64,000 bases of DNA from Takakia lepidozioides (lineage: Eukaryota > Plantae > Bryophyta): positions 47,368,001-47,432,000 of the forward strand of contig CM060732.1 of assembly GCA_030704615.1 (NCBI GenBank), given 5' to 3'. Shown in pieces: positions 13,101 to 25,600 of the stretch. The notes beneath the pieces were generated by a model. The model did no database searches. It saw only the letters and a program-made list of their open reading frames with translations, and had not been told where the DNA came from. Every line of letters starts with the position of its first letter. Positions within the stretch are counted from its first letter, which is position 1. Made by a program: the position numbers and the translations under genes.

Positions 13101-16100
13101 TAGGCACAGGCTGTATCAAGCAATCAATCGAATTGCCCAGGAGACAGGAAACACAGACCTGAACAGCAAGGTGACCAGTTATAATGTGAAGCCGGAAGGG
13201 CGAGAAACAGTCATGGACTTTGATGATTCTATGCCAGTAATCCAATTGAGAATTGGAAGCACAGAACTAACTGATGTACTGATAGATGGAGGTTCTGGAG
13301 TAAATATCATGACAGACCAATTAAGGAAGAAGCTTGGTCTAAGTAACATGAAACCAGCCCCATTTACAGTAACAATGCAGATCAAAGAAGTGTACAGCCA
13401 TTGGGATTAATAAGAGGAGTTAAGATACAGATACAGAAGATGATCTTTATGATCACAGTAACTGTGTTGAAGATGGATGAAGTCATGGAGGCTTACTCCT
13501 TTTATTGGGACTTCCGTGTTGAAACAGGCCAGGGTATTCCATGACTGGAATTCTCAGTTACTAACCGTGCATAATGGGATACACGAGATACAAATTACCA
13601 AAAGAATCTAGTAGATTACCTGCTACGAGAAGACCTCGAGGAGTCAGAGAGTATGACTGAGAGGAGGACTGGATGAGGAGCAGGAAGCTACCCTGTTTGC
13701 TGCACACCCAGAGTGGGAGCAGGTTGCAGAGATGCGGCTGGAAGGCCTAAGTTGTTTAAGGGGTATCTGCTGTGGTGTAGTGTCAACAACACCGATTGAA
13801 GAGGAAACCAGCAGTTACCCATCACATTTCTATGAAGAAAAAGAAGGAGAAATGGAAATCCTAGAGGAACCAGCCACTGTGAGTTTAAAGGATGAAGTGG
13901 TGACTGGTTGGACAATCACAGCTGATGAGCAAGTGAGGAAGTGAATGTGGGAACTAAAGAGGAACCGAGGATGGTGAAGGTAGGAGCTGATTTGGAGCCA
14001 GAATTCTTTGAAGAAGCTAAGAGTTTGTTCATCAAATACAGAGATGTATTTGCTTGGAGCTATGAGGATTTAAAAGGGATACCACCTGAAATCTGTCAGC
14101 ATAAGATTGAACTGGAACCGGGGTCAGTACCAATCAAGCAGGCAAGGTACAAAATGAATCCCAACTACGCACAGAAGGTTGGAGAAGAGATCAAGAAGTT
14201 GGCTGAGGCTAAGTTTATATACCCATAGAGTATACAACTTGGTTGTCACCCATTGTGATAGTTCCCAAGAAGAATGGTAAACTAAGAGTTTGTGTGAACT
14301 ACAAGAAGCTGAATGCTTGTACGAAGAAAGATCCTTTCCCTTTGCCATTCACAGAAGCAGTATTAGACACTGTGGCAGGCCATGAGATGTACTCATTCAT
14401 GGATGGCTTCAGTGGTATAATCAGTGCAAGTGGCAGAAGGAGACCAAGGAAAAACAGCTTTCATCACAGACTGGGGTGCTTATGCATACAAAGTCATGCC
14501 CTTTGGACTTTGTAATGCACCAGCGACCTTTCAGAGAGTGATAAGTGAATCTTTTCATGAGTATCTGGATGATTTCATGCAGGTGTTCTTGGATGATTTC
14601 AGTGTGTACAGCTCTAAGAATGAGCACTTGCATAAATTGGAGTTATGCTTGGCCAGATGCAGGATGAGAGGTCTGGGCCTGAATCCAGAGAAGTGTACTT
14701 TCTGTGTGGAACTCAGGGTGCTTCTGGGACACATTGTGTGTAAGAGGGGATTTCTTGTGGATCCCAGGAAACAGAAAAAAGGCCATTAAAGCCTCTCCAC
14801 CACCAGTGATGTTAAGAGTCTAGGAGATTCCTTGGACAAACCAGCTATTACAGAAGATTTGTCAGACGGTATGCACAGATAGCAGCACCATTGAGCAAAC
14901 TTCTGAAGAAAGATGCAATGTTTGCATGGACACCTGAATGTCAACAGGCTTTTGAGGAACTTACATTGTCAGTAACAACTACACCTGTGCTGATTAGTCC
15001 TCACTGGCAGAAAATATTTCATGTTCACTGTGATGCTTCTGGAGAAGCACTAGGAGCAGTGTTAGCCCAAAATGTAACAGGAATGATAGATTCACCTGTG
15101 TACTATGCTAGCCGATTGATGAACAATGCCAAAAGAAATTATAGCACAACGGAAAGAGAAGCATTGGCAATGATCTATGCAGTGAAGAAATTCAGGCATC
15201 ACCTGTTGGGCAAGAAGTTTATGTTCTATGTGGATCACCAGGCTCTGATATACCTGGTAAACAAACCTCTGATAAGCGGAAGAATAGCAAGATGGTTAAT
15301 AATCTTGCATGAGTTTGAGTTCGAGGTTGTTTACAAGCCTGGGAGACTACATCTTGTGGCGGATCACTTGTCAAGGTTATCAACAGGAGAACCAGCCACG
15401 GGAGTAGATGATCAATTACCAGATGCGAGTCTATTTACAGTGGAGGTGCAGGGAAGTGCAGATGACTGGTTAGATTGGCAGTGGCCAATAGATACTACCT
15501 TGCTCATGGTCAGTGCCCACCAAGTTATGGAAAGGAGCAGAGAAAGAGAATTGCTATCAAGGCTCTACCTTACACTATGGTAGGGAGCAGAATGTATAAG
15601 CTAGGACCAGATGGAGTGCTGAAGCGATGTTTATACCACCATGAAGTTAATAAAGTTTTGGAGGAAGTTCATAAAGGAGTGGCAGGAGGTCATTTTGCAG
15701 AAGAGACTACCAGCATGAAAATACTACATGCGAGTTACACAAGTATTGTCAGAGTTGTGATGAATGTCAGAGGCTGGGACCTTTGCAGAGATCTGGGAAA
15801 ATGTCTTTGCATCCTACAATGCCTACGGAACCATTTCAGAAATGGGGACTAGACTTTGTTGGACCAATTAACCCACCAGCCAAGAATACACAGAACAGGT
15901 ACATAATTACAGCCACTGATTATACTACAAAGTGGGTGGAAGCTAAAGCTTTGAGGGACAACACAGCCAAGTCCACAGCAAGGTTTCTGTATGAGAACAT
16001 ACTTACACGATTTGGCTGTCCCTGGAATTTATCAGTGATCAGGGAAGTCACTTCATTAATGAGACCATTGAATTATGGACAAAGAGTTCATGATTGTGCA

Positions 16101-16902
16101 TAGGAAGAGTACAGCATATTACCCATACTTACACGATTTGGCTGTCCCTTGGAATTTATCAGTGATCAAGGAAGTCATTTGATTAATGAGACAACATATT
16201 ACCCACAGGGTAATGGACAGGCAGAGGCTACCAACAAAATACTATGTACTATCTTGGCTAAGATAGTCAATGCAAACAGAACGAATTGGGATACAAAGCT
16301 GCTGACAGCTTTGTGGTCATACAGGACTTCATATAAAGTCACCACTAAGTATACACCATTCCAATTAGTTTATGGTATGGAAGCCTTACTTCCAGTGGAA
16401 TTCCTGTTACCTACCATGAGAACGGAATGGGAAAGAGAATGGAATTGCAAGATTCCATTAAAGTCAGGAAACATGAATTATACCATGTGGAGAAGTACGT
16501 GCTGATGCAGCTGATAATATGACCAAAATTCAGATGAAGAGGAGGGAACAGTTTGATGAAGGCAAGTTAAAGACTTTTAAGACGGGAGATTTGGTTCTAT
16601 GGTTGCAGAAGAAGGGAAAGATTAAAGCTTCTAAGCTTAAATCACCATGGAAAGGACCTTATGTCATACAAAAGATGTATGATAACAACACCGCCATGTT
16701 ACAAACCATTAACAAAGAGATGCTGGGAAGAGTCAATGCTAATAAGTTGAAGGGGTACAGTGGTATCCATGACAAACCATTGCAGCATGATTTGCATGTT
16801 GAAACGCAAAAGCAGTCACGGACTGCGCCAGTGTTACCAACGGAGTATGGAGCACTTGTCGCTAGGCCGAGCATATATGACCAGGGCGGGCAGAACAAGT
16901 GA
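10144..16902 (+). pseudogene. gag-pol polyprotein (frameshifted as assembled)
   Basis: Gag YSGKGDPDVHISQF...LFPCSL...ASEWY (11590-11810) and CCHC knuckles (~12240-12660). Protease LIDGGSGVNI (~13280). RT SPIVIVPKKNGKLRVCVNYKKLN, MDGFSG, VFLDDF. RNase H HCDASGEALGAVL. Integrase [28 protein letters not shown] and WKGPY. The start is approximate because of a long N-terminal extension. Confidence 0.9.
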
Positions 16903-17190
16903 GACACAGCCTATCACAGCCCATCACGACGTGACACAGCACAGACTTCACAGCCCATCACAGCCCATCACGATGTGACACAGCCTATCACACACAACAC
17001 GTTGACACACATATCACATCACACACACCCCACGGCGCAACACAGCCTATCACGACCTACCACAGCGTGTCACACCACACCTATCCACAGCTTACACACA
17101 GCACCCTATCATCACACCTATCACAGCTTACCACAGTGTATCAAGCCTATCACGGCCTACCACGGTATGACACAACCTATCACAGCTTAA
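16900..17190 (+). repeat. Degenerate CACAGC/ATCAC-rich tandem repeat between pol and the extra ORF
   Basis: Repeated ACAGCC(C/T)ATCAC units, similar to the CACAGC minisatellite in the LTR (21630-21930). Confidence 0.75.
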
Positions 17191-17692
17191 CACACCGCCT
17201 ATTAGGGTTACACAATCCATAGAATCAGTGACAGGTGGACGCAGGATAACTTCAGTGAAATGGCCGGCGGAAGAAAGGATGGAAGCCAGTTTACAAAGGG
17301 ATACGTGGAAGTCAAGGCGCAACACACAGCTGAGAAGGAAGTGCAAGAACGGATGTCATCAAGAAAGGGGACAAGAATGGCCGTCAAAATACCTAATCAG
17401 TGTGTCAAATTGGATGAATGGGCGGGCCCATTAATGAATACAGAAAGGGGCAACAGAACAAACGGCAAGTACAGAAAAGCAAAATTCTTGTCACATGTGT
17501 TATCCTAGTGGACAGTCCAGCAGGGAAAGTCCACTAAAGAAAATTAAATCTAAATCCAGTCACAGCGGTTACAGCCAATAGAAGCCAGAGAAGGATCAAG
17601 AAATTGGAGGGAAATTAAGCGCAAGAGTCGGCGTCGTTCTGAGTAACGGGCGTCTCGACGGGACAAACCATCAATGCTATAGCTTTGAAGCT

Positions 17693-20600
17693 ATGGAGGA
17701 ACTAACAGACTATACGCTCGCATATTACTTACGCAGTGGCATAGGGACGAAACAACAGAGCGGATCTTTTCTCTTGAGCGATGCTTGCAAGCCCCGCAGG
17801 CTTACAAGAAATTACCCATAGCTTTTTTGTGGCAACCATACGTTTATGCTTTGTGCACTACAGGCATTTCTTCAATTGTTACAGCCAAAACATTTCTGTG
17901 GGTCTAGAATGAAGAGAGTGAGAGGAATGGAGGAATCACGGTGAAGAGCACCACAATTCTGCAACAAACGATTGCTAACCATGCTACCCCACAGGCGATA
18001 CAGATACTGAAGGAGCTGAGATTGCAAGGATTGCAAAGCAAAGATTGGACATTGCACCATAGACAGTACATGTTACAATTCTTGCAGAACTTTGAGCCAA
18101 GGACAAGAGCAACAACGGTGAAGGGCGTTGAATTAGTAATTACTCCCTTATACCTACAGCAATTGTTTCGATTGCCAGCAGGCCAGGTGCATGTGGAGGA
18201 GCACATGACAAGACTGCAAATAGGGGACTTATTCCAAGAAGGGAGTTTCTTTAAAACTCAGGGTTATGCTTGTACCAAGGCCGTCTACCCAGGGCTAAGG
18301 AGGTAGGCCAGGTATTGAACGTTCTGTTTGCCATGAAACAGAACCAACAATATTTGAGCAGATCCTTCACAGAGGAAATACTCAAAGCCTTGAGAGGAGA
18401 AGAGGTAGAATGGGCGGACATAATGTACAACGCACTGGTAGAGGAGATGAAAAGATTACAGGGTACTGCCGCAAAGTCTCCTATCATAGTGTCTGGCCCA
18501 ATCATTGCTCAAATAATTCTTGATTCTGGCATACTTGATGCTCGAGAAAGAAAGGAGATGAGAGTGTTTGAGCCAGAAACCACTGCAATGGAAGAGCAAG
18601 GCTCTTCACACAGTGAGGGTGGACTGGCAGGGCAACCCGAGAATAAGAGACAGAGGCGGGGAAAGACTGTAGTGGCGGATCCACTGGCTTCACGGAATCC
18701 GCATGATAATGTTTCCCAAGTTTTTGTGCAGGAAGGGGCACAACAACACAGAGAACTGCTATTACTAGAAGCAGGACCTTCAGAGAGGGAAGATGAAGTT
18801 ACTTCAGTATCACAGCCATCACAGCCAGAGGATCGGCTTGTCACAAGGTTACCACAAGTTGTCCATGCAGTTCAACCAGAAATAATTGATTTAGAAAAAT
18901 AAGGGTTAGATATTCCCACTACAGAACATGTGGTGGCAGAAATTGAGAAGGGGGACCTTCTCTATGAATATTCTGGTATGGTCAAGGACACAGTGATTCC
19001 GGAGGTGCAACGGTTGTCCAAGGAAAACCCTGCGGCGCATATAATACACACACCTGTGACGGAGGTACCACAGGTAGAATGCCAAGACACTGCAACACCA
19101 CTGACGGATGAAGTGGTTCAGGAAGAAAATCTGGTGGGGCAATGGCCTGAATGGTTCGTAAGACATCACACTGTTGAGGATCAGGGAGAACAGCAGCAAG
19201 TTCACCATGATGACCCTCAACAGGCTATGCTTATGAGTTCCATAAGCAGGACACTGAATTTGTTGGGTACTTATGTCAAATCCCATGTTCCCACTACTCA
19301 ATTGGCAGCTTTGAGGGAGGAACTCAGGAAAGAGTTTGAGGCTCGACTTGCCATAGAGTGTGCAAACAAGGTCGATGAAGAGGTCACTCTCAAAATGCAG
19401 CAAGACTTGGAGAGTACAGAAGCAGCTTTGCAATTGGCCAAGGAACAATTGATTGAGGCAGGCCTCGCACAAGACCACTTGCACGAAGCACATAAGCAAC
19501 AGCTATACCAAATGCAGGTGAAGCATGAAAGCAAGTTGCAAGAAGTGAATGCACTACATATGGAGTTGCAGACAGTGCATGACAGGATGGCCATACAATG
19601 TGCTACACTCACAACTATGCTTGACCAATCTACAAAAGAAATAAACAGTCAAGCGGAAAAATGTACGAAGGCAGAGGAAGAGAATGTTGAGCAAATGAAA
19701 CTCATTGTCGATATGAAGAATACAATCTGTCGCAATGAGGATACTTTCAAGCAATACAGGCAGGTTGAAGCTGACCAAGAGAGGCACATCCTGGAGTTGC
19801 AACAAACGGTCATGGCCAATAGAAATGAAATCTCGGTCACTAACAAGGCTTGGAAGGAAGCCAATAATCTGCTTGCTGCTTATGCGAATTTGGTTGAACC
19901 TCATGCAAAGCGCATGGAGGCTTTACAACATCAGTTACATGTGTACAAACTCAGAGAGGAGCACACTCTCAGAGGAACCACAAGCAACTTGGTGGATAAC
20001 CACCTTATGCAGGTCTGGTTAGCACAAGGGCCATTGGAGGGCAAAGCACCACGAAAGCTCACCCAAAGCGAGATGAATGAGCTCAGACTGCAAGTGCAAA
20101 ACATTGCCACAACTACTATAGACAATGTCTATAGTAGGATAGCGGAGTTACAGGAGGATGTAGACGGACTGCAGACTCAAGTGGAGGACCTAACTTCAGA
20201 TATCGACAAAAGAGTCTATATACCTGAGGAACAACTAATGGCTTCTTATTTACAAGCCAGAACTTTGGCTTTTCAATCTTCTTCACAGCAGGTGCAGGAG
20301 ATGCCAATGATACAAGAGCCAGTGCCACCAACACCACAAACAAGTCACTGTGCCAGTAGCTGATGCTGTTGTTACTACAGTCACACCACAGCCACCACAG
20401 CCTGACGTATGGGGCAATGCTGCTTTTAACCCACCTAAAACTCCAGCTGCAAGGGAGTATAGTAGGGCTATGATTATGCCCTTCAACCAAATTCCCATTG
20501 TGTTGGATTTGGTTTGGAAAGAATTTAGTCCTCCGCAGTCATTGGCACATTACTATCAAATCATGCGCATATGGCTGCCAGTGGCAACTAGGACTAAAGT

Positions 20601-21471
20601 TCTTCCGAACAATCGACCAATTGAGGATCATCACTTTGCACAGTACTGGCATGAGGCAGGTACCACGTTGAAGGAATTAATTGCTTTCCAAGTTGTACAT
20701 GGATTCATTTATACCAAGACCAAGGAGGTAGCAAGTATTGTCATGGGATGCGGGTTATACTACGCTGCTTGTTTTCTGGTACGTTATCACATTGAGCAGC
20801 ACAAGATGCAATCGCGCTTTCTGAGTTATTCCAGTGGGGATCATTGGGTCTTACCTTCAGTGCCACCTCATATGTACCTATATGAGGCAAAAGTTATGAT
20901 ACAAAAGGATTCTCAAATTTGTTCATGGTTTCATGCGGCCTGGAACAATTTGTCAACACAGAAATTTGGCATTGATGATATTTTCTATAAGGGACATGTG
21001 GCATGGAAATACTTGCACAATTCACAAGTCATTGGTACCCCACTCACCTGGACAGAAAAGGAGCTCAGGGTCTTCACCAATTTTGCCATTCAACGTTTAC
21101 AGCAAGTTTTAAAATATAAACTTCCAGACATGGTAGGACAACATTGTATGCCCCAGAGGATTCCGCAAAAAGTTTGACAATTAAAACACCTGAGAGGCGA
21201 TGAGGATTCTGATACAACTATTTCTTCAGCGGACTCTTCTGACATGGGAGAAGACTATGCAATTCAGATGGCAGAAAAGAAGCGACGGGGGTCTCCTATG
21301 CCTGAAAGGTTACCTCGATATCAGCCTCCAGAGGGCCTCACATATCCAGGTAGTGTTCAATCATCTCCGTCAACCAGTGACAGACCTCGGGCTCGTACAC
21401 ACAGTCCGCCACGAAATTCTCAACGTCAGAAAGGTGCTCGCTCACAAAGGTTTGCTAATCCCAATCAGTAA
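17693..21471 (+). CDS. Extra 3' ORF of the retrotransposon; long coiled-coil protein of unknown function (frameshifted)
   Basis: Abutting ORFs 17941-18306, 18270-18902, 18930-20363, 20350-21177 and 21244-21471 lie on one strand and end just before the PPT. The central region is E/Q/L-rich. Confidence 0.7.
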
Positions 21472-21492
21472 ACCGTGAGGACACGGCTTTTT

Positions 21493-21506
21493 GAGAGGGG
21501 AAGGGG
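21493..21506 (+). promoter_or_regulatory. Polypurine tract
   Basis: GAGAGGGGAAGGGG, 3 nt before the TG that starts the 3' LTR. Confidence 0.85.
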
Positions 21507-21509
21507 TAA

Positions 21510-22631
21510 TGTTAGAGGACTGTCTGGGACTTAGACACTTATACGGGATCTGTGGGGTACCCTTAATTTTTGCACAGACTGAGACCAACAGGAGCCTTAG
21601 GGGTGACAGCAACGCACTTTAGGGGGGGTAACACAGCCTGTCACAGCCAACACAGCCCGTCACAGTCCGACACAGCCGACACAGCCAGACACAGTCAACA
21701 CAGCTCGTCACAGCCGACACAGCCCGTCACAGCCAACACAGCCGACACAGCCAGACACAGTCAACACAGCTCGTCACAGCCCGACACAGCCCATCACAGC
21801 CAACATAGCCCGTCACAGCCGACACAGCCACACAGCCAGTCACAGCCCGACACAGCCAAACACAGTCGCACAGCCAGTCACAGCCGGTCACAGCCGGTCA
21901 CAGTTTCACACAGCCAGTCACAGCTTGACACAGCTGTCACGACCATAGGGAACGGATAGCAGGACAGGGAACGACTGTGGAGAACAACACCTGCGAATGG
22001 AACATGTTAGTTCACGGACGACGGTTAGTGAGGGAAACGGTTAGAACAACGGGTAGGAAGATAAAGCGGGAAGTAAGGACTGAAAAGGGGAATTCTTGGA
22101 GCACTTCGGGGGGGAATCACTGCTGGAAGGAGGGGGAGGAGCACTTCTTGGGGAAGACTTCGGACATCACTGGGGGAAAGGAGGAGAGAGCGCATCTCTG
22201 AGCAGAAAGATGGAGAGCACGGAGTAGGAGGAGGATCTGTTGATGCTTAATGAATGCAGGCAGTAGAATTGTAATGTAGAGCAGATTAGAGACTCCATGG
22301 CTTCAGCCTGATACTTGATAGATATTAATCTGATACACACCTCATACTCACACTCTGTAGAGAGATCTGAGTGAAGCTGTGGAATGAATTGATGAGTTGA
22401 TGGAATCCGATAAATTGATGAAGCAAACTGATACTTAATTACCAGCAGTAAGGTAACTAGCTAACATGAATGCGGGAAGGAAAACAAATAGGAAACACCC
22501 CCATGATACACTAGCTATAGGTCATGACTGATTGTTCTGAGCGGGCTGAGTACTTAGAGATTTCCAACTCTTCTATCTTGGAGTTTCCGCCTCAGATAGC
22601 GAAGGGATGGGTGAGTAAAAGCCGTGCGACA
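21510..22631 (+). repeat. 3' LTR (~1.12 kb)
   Basis: Starts TGTTAG and ends GCGACA. Contains the CACAGC minisatellite and matches the 5' LTR. Confidence 0.93.
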
Positions 22632-22684
22632 GGTTTCCCTAAGGTCACTGCCCATATGTCAAACACCATGTGAAGGGCCCCACG

Positions 22685-25600
22685 TGTGCCCATAGACAAG
22701 TCAACCACTCGTCCACCATGACGGCTGCATGTCTCAACCAAAGTCTGCATGAAAGCTGGAGATTTCTCCCGTGCACCTCTCCAAGGGACACCAATCGACC
22801 TTTTCATAGTCCGACCCGAGTCGACGTAATTGAAGATAACATCATCCTCCACAGGCTCGCAGGTGGGGTCAATGTGAGCTGCAAGGTCCCTCAACTGAAA
22901 CTCAGCAACACCAGCAGGAAGAGTGTCCTTCCGCCTCACCAGGCACAAAGCTTCGAACACCCGTGTCTGTCAATAATCACGAAGAGAGAATGAGACAGAA
23001 GACATAACCCACCATTTTGATTTACCGAAAAACCACGAAACATCAATTGAAAGGAACCAACTCACTTTCTGCCCCGGGAACTCGCCCTTCGTAAGAGGCA
23101 GAGTATTGATGCATGTCCAAGTTTTGATGACACGAAACCCGGAAGCTTTCATGTAGCTGAAAAGAGTTCTTCGAGCCGACATGTCCTTTGACTGCATGAG
23201 AAGAAGAGCCCCCGAGTCCGAAAGGAACTTGTTGCTGAACGAGAAAGCCCACTGCCAGTAACGAGAATCCGATTTGTTCCAAGTCGGGGTCGAATTGGAA
23301 GGAAACACATCAGGGACAGGAAAACCGTCAGGAATGTCCAGCACCACAAGGTCAGTCGCGTATGCCTGCTGAACTCCATTCACCCATTCCGGACTTTTTG
23401 TGACCTACAGCCAAAAACATGAGACAATGTAAGAAGCCCAATCCAAATCTAACAGGAGATCAATCCCCTGGACAAGCCACAACAAGCTGCCAAACACAAT
23501 TATTCATACAACAGTTTAGACATAAGTGTTCACCTGAGTGAGGAACGAAACAAGCATGTCCCATGATTTCGAGGGCACCCCTTTGAATGTGGACTTCCTG
23601 GACTCCATCATTGCAAGAAAACTTTCATTCAGCACCTTACGATTGAACTGGCCCAAAACCCTGGAGGGATGTTCTCTCGCCTCGAAAACTTGCTCCCTCG
23701 ACTTTGATGTTCTCCTATCCCTCCTTGCGGGAGAAGGCTGTCTTTCAGGAACCTCTGACCGTCCCTGTCCTTGCGGAGCTGCACTTTTCCCCTTCCCCTT
23801 TGGATCCCCGACAATCTTCCCCTTTCGTTTTGGAGTAGCAGTTTTCTCGGGCTCTTTTGCAGCCAGAGCCGAAATGATTCTGTCCTGGATGTCTTTGTCA
23901 GCCAATGGGGCAATCGCTGCGGCATTGTCGTTCAGGTTTGTCAAAACAACTTCATCGAATGGAGTGTCCTGTTTTGGCAGGTCGAGGTACCACCCACAGT
24001 CTCGGAAGTGCGCCCTGCTCCAGTCTTTGGCAATACCAGCCGTGTACATTGTCTTGTCATTGGAGGGGTCAGCCAATGAATAGATGAAGTCTGGGTCATC
24101 GCTAAGGTACTTTCCCGGTATGAGGATATGATACATATACCTGAATCACACACAAAAAACCCAGACAGTCATTCGATCAGAAAACGAAAAAGAACACACA
24201 TCCGGAAAAAGATATTGAAATGCAGGAAGGCAACACTGAGAATTCTACTTTTGAAATCCCGAATCAACCTTGCATTGACGCAATGTTCATTCGAGCAGAA
24301 ATGGGGAACACCAAATGATAATGTTGTATTGATAGAGACAACGACTGAGATGCGCAATTCAACATTGCTTCAACGCAAGGTTGTTTTCATTCAGAGAGGA
24401 AATGGAAAACACTGCCTAAAAACTACCATCTGACTATGTACTGGTGCGGATATTCAACATTGCGTTGGCGCAATGTTGAAATCCTCTATTGAAACACATG
24501 TCAATGCTATCTGATAATCATAAGTTTCCTACAATTGTAAATCGGGGGATGGCTGCGGGAAATTTCCAGCAATCCATACCGCCAAACAACCTTGCGTCAA
24601 CGCAAGTCTGTTTGTTGGTACAGTGAAAGTTGTAAATAGCATTTCAAACCGACTCCAAACACTCTTATGTTCATCTTGGCAGCATTGGAACTGGATTTGA
24701 ACTGCCCAAAACCACAGGAAAAGCTACATAGCCTGCCACTTCATCAACCTTGTGTTGACGCAGGGCTGATTTTCCTGTCAGTTTATCCCCTTTCACATTC
24801 AGAAAAACGACATTATGGGATACCCAGGTATAGGTAAGTGAAACCAGGACAATGGGAAACAACCTTGCGTTAACGCAATGTTGCTCGACTGCACATGCAA
24901 AGCCCTCAGAGATCTCGCAAAGCACTGCAAATTCGCAATTCTTTATGGAAAGAACGACACAAGATTGCAGAAACATGCCCTTCAAGCACCAATTTTGATT
25001 CAAGGAGGTCACACCTGTACAACACTCGCTTCATTGCTTGCTTGCTGTTGTACTGGTTTTTGAATTCGTAAGACCTGGAGATTCCTTTCTCTTTCTCAAA
25101 CTCCCTGAAGAAGCAGTTGTTCCAGACAGCGAGCTTCCATCTCCTGATATAGGCCTCCAGTGTGATCCGGGGGCAAGCCATCTGGATTTTGTAGTCTGCC
25201 ATCGAGGAGCCACTGCACGTTTTTCTAACTGCAACAAGAAAGCTCGTAAGAATTTGGGAGAGGTTACGGAGCAACACAAATGTCTGAAAATGGTTTGGTT
25301 CAAACCTTACCTGGCTCCAGAATGTGGCTTTGTGTAGCCATGGTCGAATGTGTGGTCGCTAACAACTCTTATTGCTTGTGTCTTCGGGTCCCTCTCTGGA
25401 GTTGGGAACATGTTCGTGTCTCTCACAAGAGGATCCGAATTCCATATCTCCAACCACCTGATTTTGGTTGCATTGTCCACCATTGAAATGGAAAGGCGAT
25501 GTAGTTTCTCTTGAGTCATTTCTGGCTTGGAGCCATACTTGTCATAGTGTGCTTTCACCTGCTCCAGAAATTCCGTGCCAAGACCTGGGTCTGCTATCCG

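Larger units (their letters stand above)
9343..22631 (+). mobile_element. Ty3/gypsy LTR retrotransposon, non-chromovirus type, with extra 3' ORF; 5' end lost in the gap
   Basis: Two near-identical LTRs, PBS, PPT and GAG-PR-RT-RH-INT order. No chromodomain is visible. Confidence 0.95.

Noticed and set aside
21570-21959. Ser/Gln/Thr-rich protein
   Set aside because: Translation of the CACAGC minisatellite inside the LTR.
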